Assembly: GCF_006345805.1 (NCBI RefSeq)
Contig: NW_021833735.1
Span: 3,399 to 67,398, forward strand
DNA length: 64,000 nucleotides
Direction of reading: 5' to 3'
Source: Octopus sinensis
Taxonomy: Eukaryota
Shown here: in pieces, positions 26,445-37,982 of the stretch
How positions within the stretch are numbered: the first letter of the stretch is position 1
How the letters are laid out: each line of letters opens with the position of its first letter
The notes under the pieces: model-generated
What the model saw: only the letters and a program-made list of their open reading frames with translations
The model's database searches: none
Told to the model about the DNA's origin: nothing
Translations under genes and position numbers: made by a program

Positions 26445-27824
26445 TTTTTAATGTTTTTACCCCCATACCTTCGTGGGTTATTTTGAGTAAACACTATCTG
26501 AGAGAAATTTTCTTTAAGTATTAGAAATGGCTAAAAAATCTTTTTTTGGCTGCTATTTCTAATGAGTTAGTATGTGGCAAAGTATTTTATTTTACTAAGC
26601 CCTTTTATACAATGTAAATTTGAATTCGCCTTAAATGGTCCCTTACATACTGAATACTTGGTGAAATTGATTAATAGCTAATTAATTTTACCCTCAATTG
26701 TTGAAATTATAATTCATTTCTCTCTGTTTAATGCCTCGGTTTTCACCGATAAAATATGGTGTTTTTACAGTCTGACCCACGTGGGTGGAAGGGGGAGAGC
26801 AGGAATTCTTCGCTTGCATATTTTGAATTTGTTGGCACTGTTAGTTTGAACGGTTCTTCTGAGGTGAAAAGTCGCCAAAGGGGTATGCTCCTACTTTCAG
26901 TGTTTCCAAATCCGAATTAAGAATTTTGGGCTGACGAAAGAAATGTCGAATGTATTTGGCTGATCTAGAAACGTACGTTCTCAAATAATCTTTGCACTTG
27001 TGATTTTTTATGTTTTTACCCCCATACCTTCGTGGGTTATTTTGAGTAAACACTATCTGAGAGAAATTTTCTTTAAGTATTAGAAATGGCTAAAAAATCT
27101 TTTTTTGGCTGCTATTTCTAATGAGTTCAGTATGTGGCAAAGTAATTTATTTTACTAAGCCCTTTTATACATGTAATATTTTGAATTCGCCTTAATGGTC
27201 CCTTTATACTGAATACTTGGTGAAATTGATTAATAGCTAATTAATTTTACCCTCAATTGTTGAAATTATAATTCATTTCTCTCGTTTAATGCCTCGGTTT
27301 TCACCGATAAAATATGGTGTTTACTAGTCTGACCCACGTGGGTGGAAGGGGGAGAGCAGGAATTCTTCGCTTGCATATTTTGAATTTGTTGCACTGTTAG
27401 TTTGAACGGTTCTTCTGAGGTGAAAAGTCGCCAAAAGGGTATGCTCCTACTTTCAGTGTTTCCAAATCCGAATTAAGAAATTTTGGGCTGACGAAAGAAA
27501 TGTCGAATGTATTTGGCTGATCTAGAAACGTACGTTCTCAAATAATCTTTGCACTTGTGATTTTTTAATGTTTTTACCCCCATACCTTCGTGGGTTATTT
27601 TGAGTAAACACTATCTGAGAGAAATTTTCTTTAAGTATTAGAAATGGCTAAAAAATCTTTTTTTGGCTGCTATTTCTAATGAGTTCAGTATGTGGCAAAG
27701 TAATTTATTTTACTAAGCCCTTTTATACAATGTAATATTTTGAATTCGCCTTAAATGGTCCCTTTACATACTGAATACTTGGTGAAATTGATTAATAGCT
27801 AATTAATTTTACCCTCAATTGTTG

Positions 27825-27828
<4 letters not shown>
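26445..27828 (+). repeat. Tandem array 2: about 559-bp unit x about 2.5, diverged relative of array 1
   Basis: atgtttttacccccatacc recurs at 26451, 27010 and 27568; aligns to the array 1 unit (roughly 80% by eye) with an extra gaggtgaaaagtcgcc segment. Confidence 0.97.
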
Positions 27829-27882
<54 letters not shown>

Positions 27883-28503
27883 TCTTATAATAATAACACA
27901 CAATATATCTTGATGAAGATAGTTCCCTTTTACTGACCAAATCAATGTAATTTTGTGCAATTGCGGCCTTCCATACATTGTGTATATAATCAGAGAATTT
28001 TACGAATATATTTAGAGTTGCGCTATTGATGTAACCATAATTTTCCGTTGACCCGATGAGAGAGCTTTGTTTCTTTACATTACTTTGTGCATGTACGATT
28101 GCATTGTGCAATGCTCAGCATACATATGGCTATAGACACGTCTCCATAGTCCCTTGCATACAGGAAATAATATTATATGAAGGAGGTTGTGAAACAGCTG
28201 TAATCCTATGGAAATCACGTGGTTAAATAAATATAGAGCCTCTTCTTACACCTCCTGACTTCATATATATATATATATATAATATATATATATATACGCG
28301 CAGAAATCATTAGTCTACAGATATCGCTACGGCTAGAAGGGGATCAATAAACACCCTTCCTCACAGTATGCGGACACAGAACATGTGTCGATAGCTAGCT
28401 GGTAAAGATGTTTTCTTGGGGCTAAAAACTAGTAACATCGTCCTGCATAGGACTACCACATTCACTGTGGTTGCAATTAGACTTTACTTTCTTTCTCTCT
28501 CTC

Positions 28504-28547
<44 letters not shown>

Positions 28548-28789
28548 CTTACTGGTTTCAGCTAGTGGCTGAAGGTATGATGGAACAACAACTTTCAGTC
28601 TGGATGGTGGGAGGGGGCTGTACTGTTGCTAGTTTAGTAGCGAGTTAGACGGAGTTGCTCTTCTTTGTGCCTCTTGCCGTGGTGTGGGTTCATCTGGTAT
28701 CTCAAGAGACGCTTCGAAAACCTCAACATCTACACCACAAATCTCCGTGGTTGATTAGCACACTGCTGAATGGTTGTGGACCCTCGAAA

Positions 28790-29370
28790 CCTAAGCAGTT
28801 ACAGTACTGGGTCGTTATTCCAGATGGAGTAAATGGGATATTTGGTACCATGTAGTGCCATCCAATTCGGTGGCTGGAATAGATTTCAGTTCCAAAGCTG
28901 AGAACTAGTCCTTTCAGTATCTTCTATAAGCATAATGGGAAGGCACATGGAAGAGACCTAATTGTTGGACATTGGTATATGATGCTGATATTTTACAGAA
29001 AACTATTAATATGTATATTCAAAAAGGCTGTGGAAGGGACAATTGGCGTACTAAATTGGCATTTTGTAGCACGGAAGGACGTTGTGGTCAAGAACGAAGC
29101 CACTTATTTGGGAAAATAAGCTATAGGGCCATTGCTTGCCTAAACATTATGTACAAATTGTATGCAAGCTGTCCCAACCAATTCCTCCAAGAGCATTGGG
29201 AGTCCAACAACATAATGACTGATGGACAGGCAGGTGGAAAGAAAGGAGTTTGGAGATGTCCAGAATAGCTTTTGATAAACAAAGGTGTGGTGTCTGAAGT
29301 AAGAAAACACTGTGGAAGCTTCACGACTCTATGGTTGGATTATAGGACAGCATTCGATTCCTCACTCATT
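28790..29370 (+). mobile_element. Non-LTR retrotransposon RT fragment, R4/Dong-like
   Basis: YRAIACLNIMYKLY...QAGGKKGVWRCPE*LLINKGVVSEVRKH...LWLDYRTAFDS; RT domain 1-3 motifs typical of the R4 clade; stop codons. Confidence 0.8.
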
Positions 29371-29721
29371 GCTGCTGCTGCTGCTGACGTGTCTACAATA
29401 TATACAAAAATATCTGTTACTTAGTTTCTGCTATTGAGAGACTGACAAAGACCTGAGCAACAATTCTATTCCTATTTCAGTTTCTTGCTGATATAGGAAT
29501 GGAATTTGGCTGAAAGAAATGTTCGTATTTGATTTTTGAACATGGAAGATCGTTTTTCCAAGCCCCAGGCCTGTGCATTTACGATCTCTCTCTTGTTTTA
29601 CACAGGGAATGCTACAAATACCTTTTTTTTCTTTTTTAACTTGGTTCTATCATAGGAACCGAATTATTTCCAAGTTATCCTTGTGAGTGGATAGGTAGAC
29701 GGAAACTGAAAGAAGCCCGTC

Positions 29722-29775
<54 letters not shown>

Positions 29776-29799
29776 ATTTGTGTGTGTGTCTTTGTGTCT

Positions 29800-30730
29800 G
29801 TGTATTCCCTGTCATCCAGAATAAATGTAAATATACATTTCTTAGACTCTATTCCTCTGAAGGTAGACCATTGCGTCCGAAACATAAAAGTTTCTTTTTC
29901 TGCATTGTTAGAAACTTTTCTCATTTCTCATCTCATTCACTGATAATTCATTTTATTCTGAAATTATTTTCTGCCTTAACCGGAGAATATGAATTCAAAG
30001 AGAATATGAATGAAAAGAAACATTGTGCTAATGTCCCTAGCCCATCATCTCATACATAGTTAGACGAGACTTCGGGGTTTTCTCCCCGACCTGTTTGATC
30101 AATGTCTAGTATAGAGTTACATGTATTTCCACCTTCAATGAAGATTGAACATTGATTCATTCAAAACTTCATAAACTAATAAGTAAGTATTGTGAAACCA
30201 AAAATTCATCTTTGTATTGTTATGAAAACTGTCCGAAAGAGCAGAAGAATTTTACCCTTAAAGCGGAGGAAACGTTCGATAAACTAGTCAAAGAAGTGGA
30301 CCTCGTTTTATCGACAACAGAATAATCTCTGATTAAGACATGAAAAATTTTCGGAATAAAATAAATTATTAGTGAATGAAATGAGAAATGAAGAATGTTT
30401 CTAACAATGCAGAAAAAGTTGTTTTTATGTTTTTGTTTCGGACGCAGTGGCCAACCTTCAGAAGAGTACAAACTAAGACATTTGTATTTACATTGATCCT
30501 GCCATTCTGGATGGCAGGGTGGGCAGTTACCCCGTTTTAGTCAGAAGCATTTGAGAAGTTTCTCCTACTCGAACGAACACCGGCCTATCCAAAATGGCAG
30601 GGGCTATGTAAACACACATTTCTTTGACTGTATTCTTCTTTGGAATTCGCGCCTGAAACAAAGATTTCTAAAATTTCCTGCGTTGTTAGAAGCTTTTCTT
30701 ATTTCTCATTTTCTTTATTATTCTATTTCT
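29800..30730. mobile_element. Three copies (+,-,+) of a ~170-bp repeat resembling PLE pseudo-LTR ends
   Basis: ctctgaaggtagaccattgcgtccgaaac...ctgcattgttagaaac at 29857; its inverse at about 30340-30520; third direct copy at about 30640-30730. Confidence 0.55.
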
Positions 30731-31050
30731 GAATGCAATGCTTCAAGCGAAATACAACGGTCATCTAAAATAAATTATGATAATCTACAGCGTGGGATAT
30801 AATATAAACAAGAATAAATTAAAATAAAGGAAAGCCTGACCTAAAGGACGATAACTCTCAAGAAATGTAAGAGACATGAATAAATTCGAACAGAATGCGA
30901 ACAGGGAAACACAGGCTGAGAATGGATTGACAGAGTTATGTAAACGTGCAAGCATACAACCCACGGAAATATATAAACCCATACAGACACAGACACACAC
31001 AGATAGAAAGATAGATAGATAGATAGATATATAGATAGACAGATGGACGC

Positions 31051-31151
<101 letters not shown>

Positions 31152-31161
31152 CAGATAGATA

Positions 31162-33132
31162 GTTAAGTTTCTTTATTGGCCACACAGGGCTGCACACAAA
31201 TGGGACAAATTACAAGGTAGATCTTTTCTTTTGTGGGATGAAAAAAACAAAAAAAAACAAACAAACAAAAAAGTGGCGTAGGTTTTCGATCAAAAGGGTG
31301 AAAAAGAAAAAAAAAAGAAAAGAGAAAAGGAAAAAAAAGGAAAATAAAAATAAAAAAGGAAGAAAAAAGAGGAAAAATGGGGGAGAGGAAAAAAAAAGAT
31401 CAATAGGGATCGTGTATCATAGTGTCATGATGTACGGTGTAAAGGGGAAAGCAGATAAGGTTTATCCGTGGGAAGAAAAGCCTACGAAAAAGACCACGGT
31501 AACCTCGGTCAATATTGTTATATGTTACCACATTTGTTTGAAAGTGGGTAACCCTCTGTTTTCAATTTCTGTGTTCATAGGATTATGCTCAAGGTGGCTT
31601 CGTCATTCATACGTGCCATCCTTGCTACATTCACCCGTCTTTTTTTAAAACATTCGCTAGACAAAACTTGCCTCTCTACTCTCACTTTCCTTTTCAAGTG
31701 GTACTTGAAGAAGTTGATGAGAGATTGACCAGAGAGGAAAGTGTTTGTCTCCAATCCTTTCAGACGCGTCCACCAGATACATTCTTTCGCCACAGTCACA
31801 AGGATGATGAAAATAGCTCTTCCTTCCCATTTGAAGGAAGGAGGCGTGACAATATTGACGATAGACTCAGCTGATAAACCGACTCGTCCCACACGTGACA
31901 GCAGTTGTTCCACATAAGCCCACAGGTCGGAAATTGTTGGAAACTGCACGAGTGCGTCCAGAACGGTTTCGTCGCTCTGACCGCATCTCGGGCAGGTCGA
32001 CCCCCGTGTTTCTCGAGCCGTGTCTGTAGACCTTATCCCGAACGGGTAGCGCTTCTCGGTAGCACCGCCAGACCAGGGATCTCTGGAAGTTGTCCATGGG
32101 CCCTGGCCCGAAAGTCGTCCCGAACAGGCGGGTCAGGTACTCCTCGTCGACGTCCAGGTTCGCCCCGAGCTCGTCGTCGTACCTCCCCTCCACTAAACCC
32201 CTATATAATGCTTTGGTTGTGATGAAGTCACTCAAGGTCGACCCAGGACGGCAGAGTTGCTTGAGAGCAACGCGACACTCGCGGTGCCATTCGCCCTTCC
32301 TCGGCCTCTTTTCGATCCACGACTGCAGTTCGGTCATGGAGACGAGCTGCGGGAAAGCGTGCCTCACAAACGGCGACCACACCTGTTCACCATCGTCTAC
32401 GAAGAGTCTGAGATGTCGCAGTCTCAGCGCGTGTCTGCGCACCATCAATCACGGCATGCCCAGTCCCCCTTTTAACGGGTGTTGACAGCAAATGGATCGC
32501 CTGACCATCGGGACGCATCCTTTCCACAAGAAGCGAAAGAGAATGCGTTCTAGTTTGGTGATGGTAGGGTCGGGACAAAGAACGACGGTCAAGCGGTAGT
32601 AGATGACGGACGCGATGTACGTGTTCGTCACCTCCGCCCGACCTTTTAGGGACAGTTTCCTCTCGGCCAATTGCCGGGCGAGAGTGACCACCCTAGTCGT
32701 TATCTCGTTCCAGTTCTTCTCCACTTGGAGGTCCGGACCGAACCAGACCCCAAGCAACTCGACCGGGCCGTTGGTCCAGCGTCCCACGACGGAGGCGCTG
32801 GTGGACGGCATGGGCTTGCTTCTCCAGGTGCCTAGTCGCAAGCCCACTGACTTTTCCCGGTTGATTTTTGCTCCCGTCACCGCTTCGTAGTTTTTCAGTG
32901 TTTCGCCGACCTGCTCGATGTGCTCGTGGCTAGACACAATGACGGTGGCGTCGTCCGTGTATGCAGACACGCTCGTCCCGCATCCCAGTTCTCGCGGGAT
33001 GCCCCTCAAAGTTGCCAGCTTCCGCAATAATGGCTCGAGAGTCAATACATATAGAAGCGACGAGAGGGGGCATCCCTGACGGACCGAACGTGCGATGTCG
33101 AAAGGTCTCGATAGATGTCCATTTACGCGAAG
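31162..33132 (-). mobile_element. 5'-truncated Tx1/L1-clade LINE (ORF2 RT C-terminus + zf-RVT/CCHC region, 3' UTR)
   Basis: VRQGCPLSSLLYVL, SAYTDD (YADD variant), KINREKS, LWKG..VRR...PLKGGLGMP*, WRCYREALPVRD, frameshifted CPRCGQSDETVLDAL; AATAAA at 31172-31177 on the minus strand just before (TATC)n; in-frame stop at 32449 and a frameshift near 31990. Confidence 0.92.
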
Positions 33133-33190
33133 ATATATATATATATATATATATATATAGATAGATAGATAGATAGATAGATGATAGATA

Positions 33191-33247
<57 letters not shown>

Positions 33248-33793
33248 CAGAGAAACAGGCAGACGGAAGGACGGACGGAGAGACAGACAGACAGATAGGC
33301 AGACAACGGGGCGGACGGACAGACAGACAGACAGACAGAGAGATAGATAGAACGTAATGGTCGTTAGAGAAAATTTATGACAAAAAGTGTGTCGTTAAAA
33401 TCATAATCAATATGTTTGATAAACACAAACAAATATTTAGCAAGTTTAGCACAATATAACCCGTTTATAAATCACAGTAAGTCCGTGAGAGGAGAGTGCA
33501 ACCAGCGACCGGCTGGCTTCTTCATTCATAAATCATAACAAGGATCAGCTTTCATTTTACTCCCAATTACCAGTATTGAGTACATTTTTAATTTGTTTGC
33601 TACCACGCAAACTATGCATGCATTAGTATATATATACATGTGTGTGTCTATGTATGTATGTATGTATGTATGTATGTATGTATGTATGTATGTATATATA
33701 TGTGTGCATGTGTGCGTGTGTCTGTAATATAAATGTACATGTATGTGTGCATGTATTCATATATACCATGGACTGCATATATAAGCACACAAA

Positions 33794-33860
<67 letters not shown>

Positions 33861-34284
33861 GCACATACATGTATATATTTATACATGTGTGTGTTTATGC
33901 ATATATATATGTATGTATATATATGTCTTTATCTCTGTATGTATGTTTAAATACACACACACACACACACACACACATACACACACACACACATATATTA
34001 TATATATATATATAAATATATACACAGATAAAAATAGATAGATAGATAGATAAATAGATAGACAGATAGACCCGCAGACCAAAGCGCTCTCAAACACAGA
34101 AATGCGCATACATATATATACACGCATATACACGTATATATATATATATATATATTCATATATACATACATGTGTATATGTATGCATGTATGTATGTATG
34201 TATATGTATGTGTATGTATGCATGTGTATGTTTGTGCACGTATGCGTGTATTTATGTATATATATATATATTAATATATATATG

Positions 34285-34316
<32 letters not shown>

Positions 34317-34325
34317 TATATATTC

Positions 34326-34405
<80 letters not shown>

Positions 34406-34980
34406 GGGCGGTCGGGCGGTTGTCAGAAGGAGGAAAGAAGAGCGGTAGGCGGAGAGCGTAAATAGAAGTATGGCGTCAGAGGTTGGCAAGCTGAGATGGC
34501 AGCGTCTGTTGCAGGCAGGCCCCGGCGCCAGCTGCAACGAACTGCTTCTACAGAGGAGAAACAGCTTAAGACCAAATGAATGCTCTAACGCAAACCGAAC
34601 CAACCCGAATAACAAAAGCCGAATGGCCTACAGCCCACTGCACCACTCTCTCTCTCTCTCTCTCTCTTTCTGTCTTTCTTTCAGAATCTCTACTGGTCTT
34701 CCGCTTTTTCTCTCTATCATAGTCTCACTATCTTTCTTTTACTGTCTCACCGTCAGACGCTCTCTCACTCTCCCTCTCTGTCTCTCCCTCACGCTCTTTC
34801 TGACTCAGCTATTCTCTCTTTCACCCACTCCCTCTCTTTCTTTATTACTGTCTATTCTGACAATGTCCACTCTCTATAACACTTTGCACCTCTCTCTCTC
34901 TCCCTCACCGCTCTCCGTCTTTCTCCAACACATCCTGTCTGCTGTTTCGGTGCCTCTCTGTCACAATTGATCACACACAC

Positions 34981-35016
<36 letters not shown>

Positions 35017-36074
35017 ATATATATATACACACTCACACATACACACATACAGTATCACCTCACACACACGCAATCATTCTCAAACTCAATATTCGTTTCC
35101 TTTGTGCAACATTTCTTATTCGCTCTGGGTCACACCTTACTTCTCTATTTACATTTATAAATTAATATACATTCGTGCAGGACACACACACAGAAATTAT
35201 ATATACACATAGGTATATAGGCGCGTGTTAGTATTTGAATGCGTTGAAGAATATATAGATAAGACTCTAGTTTCTGAAGTACGCGAAGGCACACAGACAC
35301 AAGGATATATATATATATACATATATATCTAAATTAGAAAAAAAAAACACTTTTTATCAATTCAAAATGAAAATTAAATTACACCATCTAGGAAATTACA
35401 TATAATAGAAATATTAAATATAAGATAAAAATATAACGATGATTAAGTAATGTGCAAAATAATCAGTAAAAATAAATAAAACGTATATATTTGGTAGAAT
35501 ATCGACACGTGTTTCGTGGCTATATTTAAGAAATGATGATAGTAAAATATTAGTAGTACTAGTAAAATCACTTCAATATATAGCCACTCCTATACATATA
35601 TATATATATCTATATATATATGTATATATATATGTATATATATATATATATATATAATATAATATAATATAGTATATATAATATACACATATATATAAAT
35701 AAATGTGTGTGTGTATGTGTATATATATATGCATGTGTGTGTGAATGAATTTATATAGATAGATAGATACATTCATAAACAATGGTGCGAAAGAAGATGA
35801 GATAAATACTACTTGAGTACCATGAGTAGAGTAATATGGAACTTTTATTGAAGCTGAAAATAAACTTCACAAAATGTTACTCAGAGTTGTGTGCGTGTAC
35901 GTATGTGTGTGTGTGTGGCTAAGGGCTTTTCCAAGCCGTAGGATTATAAGACAGCGTTGTCGGATTCTCGAAAATATCCTCTAATTTGACGGGACACATG
36001 TTCATTGCAGGATAAACCATTTTCGCCGGCAGAGTTTTACGCCTATCAGTCCAACATATTAAGCCACTCACTTG

Positions 36075-36119
<45 letters not shown>

Positions 36120-36179
36120 CACACACATGATATATATATATAGCTCCTACACGCATTTTTTTCTCTCCTTTTTTTTCTG

Positions 36180-36310
36180 TATATCTTTCTGTCGAAGAGC
36201 GTAGGCTCGAAACGTAAAAAACTTTTTCTATTCCTGAGCGCTATACTAATACATTTGTTTGTCTTGTACACCACCTGCCTTCGTCTTTTGTTTATTTTCA
36301 TAAACTTTCC
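36180..36310 (+). mobile_element. Short repeat with hammerhead-like motif (possible PLE end)
   Basis: tctttctgtcgaagagcgtaggctcgaaacgtaaaa: GAGC/GCTC hairpin followed by GAAACGTA. Confidence 0.4.
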
Positions 36311-36355
36311 CTTTATATATATATTATATTATATATATATATATATATATAATAT

Positions 36356-36410
<55 letters not shown>

Positions 36411-36439
36411 GGAGATGTGGAACACGAGTTGTGATATAT

Positions 36440-36760
36440 AAAAAAAGGAAATGAAGAAAATGGTGACAAAATAATTTACGTAAGGAGAGTGTATTTAATT
36501 AGGTGAAAGTTCTTTTTACCGGTTGCGCATTTGTTATGCTTATTAAAAGATATTTTGAGTGAGATAGAGTTCCTTTCTGATTGATTTTTTTCTCTTATCA
36601 GATAAGAGAAAAAATCAATCAGAAAGGAACTCTATCTCACTCAAAATATCTTTTGATAAGCATAACAAATGCGCAACCGGTAAAAAGAACTTTCACCTAA
36701 TTAAATACACTCTCCCTTACTTAAATTATTTTATCAGCATTTTCTTCATTTCCTTTATAT
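36440..36760. repeat. Near-perfect palindrome with about 155-bp arms and essentially no spacer
   Basis: Centre ...ttttctcttatc-a-gataagagaaaa...; arms match out to aaaggaaatgaagaaaatg / cattttcttcatttccttt; flanked by (TA)n. Confidence 0.95.
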
Positions 36761-36783
36761 ATATATATATTATATAATATATA

Positions 36784-36814
<31 letters not shown>

Positions 36815-36815
<1 letters not shown>

Positions 36816-37982
36816 TGAGTTGGCAGGAAAGTGATTTTGGTTTTTTAGTGTGAAATATAAGTCATCGTTTTCATACAAAGAATGAACTTAAATCATTTAT
36901 ACATTTTTTATTTTGTTCAATGACCTTTTGCCATCTTTCTGGCAAATTCATGATTCCGCTCTCATTGAACTTCTGGTCCTTATCAGCCAAAAACTGAAGC
37001 AAACGTGATTTCAGGTCATCATCATCATCGAAAGTTTTGCCATTCTAAGAATTTTGCAAACTTCTAAATAAACGGTTATCTGATGGAGCAAGAATAGAGC
37101 TATATGGTGGATGTGACATCTCTTCTCAACCAAGCTCCAATGATTGTTCACGAGTTAGCAAAACAGTGTCTGGATCTAGCGTTGTCATAGTGAAACACGA
37201 CTCCTTTACGATTTGCCAATTCAGGCAGTTTTTCTTTGATTGCTTCCTCCAGTTTCATTAGTTGTTGACAGTAAACATCTGAATTGATCATTTGGGTTCT
37301 TGGAAGCGGCTCAAAATACACATCTTTGAAATCCCACCAAATTGGCAGCATGACATTTTTTATGCAATTCAGCCTTCAATGTGGTTTGTGCTGGTTCATT
37401 ATTCTTAGACCAAGATCGTTTTCGATTGATGCCATTTTAAACAATTCATTTTTTCATCACCAGTGATGATTCGTTTCAAAAAGAGGTCGGTTTCATTGCG
37501 CTTGAGATACATATCGCAAATATTCAGTTTATGTGGGACTCAAATATCGAGCTACATTTAGTCTCTCTGCAATCAGATTCAATTATGGCTTTGATTCGGT
37601 CATCATCAACTTCAGTAGGATGATCAGAACGTTGGTCAACTTTGAATGAAAAATCTCCAGAACGGAATTTTTAAAACCATTTCTGACATGTGCGTTCTCT
37701 TAAGCAATCAACACCATAAACTTCAAATATCTCTTTGTGAGCCTTAGCAGCTTTCTTATCATTACAGAAATAAAAACGCAAAATATGGCAAAAATGTTTG
37801 TTTTTGCATTCTATGTTAAAATTGACATTAAGCTAACAGTTGCAAACAAAATTACGCGCAATTTGCTTGTAAAGTAAGCTAAACGTAACGGTTATCAAAT
37901 GTCTAAAGGAAAAAAATCATAACATCCTAAAATCTTCGTAACTCTTTTTGTGAAAAACGAAATTACAGCCTTGCCAACACAA
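36815..37982 (-). mobile_element. Near full-length defective mariner with TIRs, in (TA)n
   Basis: TIRs ttgagttggcaggaaagtgatttt / aaaacgaaattacagccttgccaacacaa, TA on both sides; translation IWWDFK..YFEPLP..QMINSDVYCQQLMKL..AIKEK.PELANRKGVVFHYDNAR and HPPYSSCS(I)APSDNRLF; stops and deletions. Confidence 0.93.

Noticed and set aside
31238-31648. Lys-rich 136-aa ORF
   Set aside because: Antisense translation of the T-rich 3' UTR of the Tx1-like LINE.
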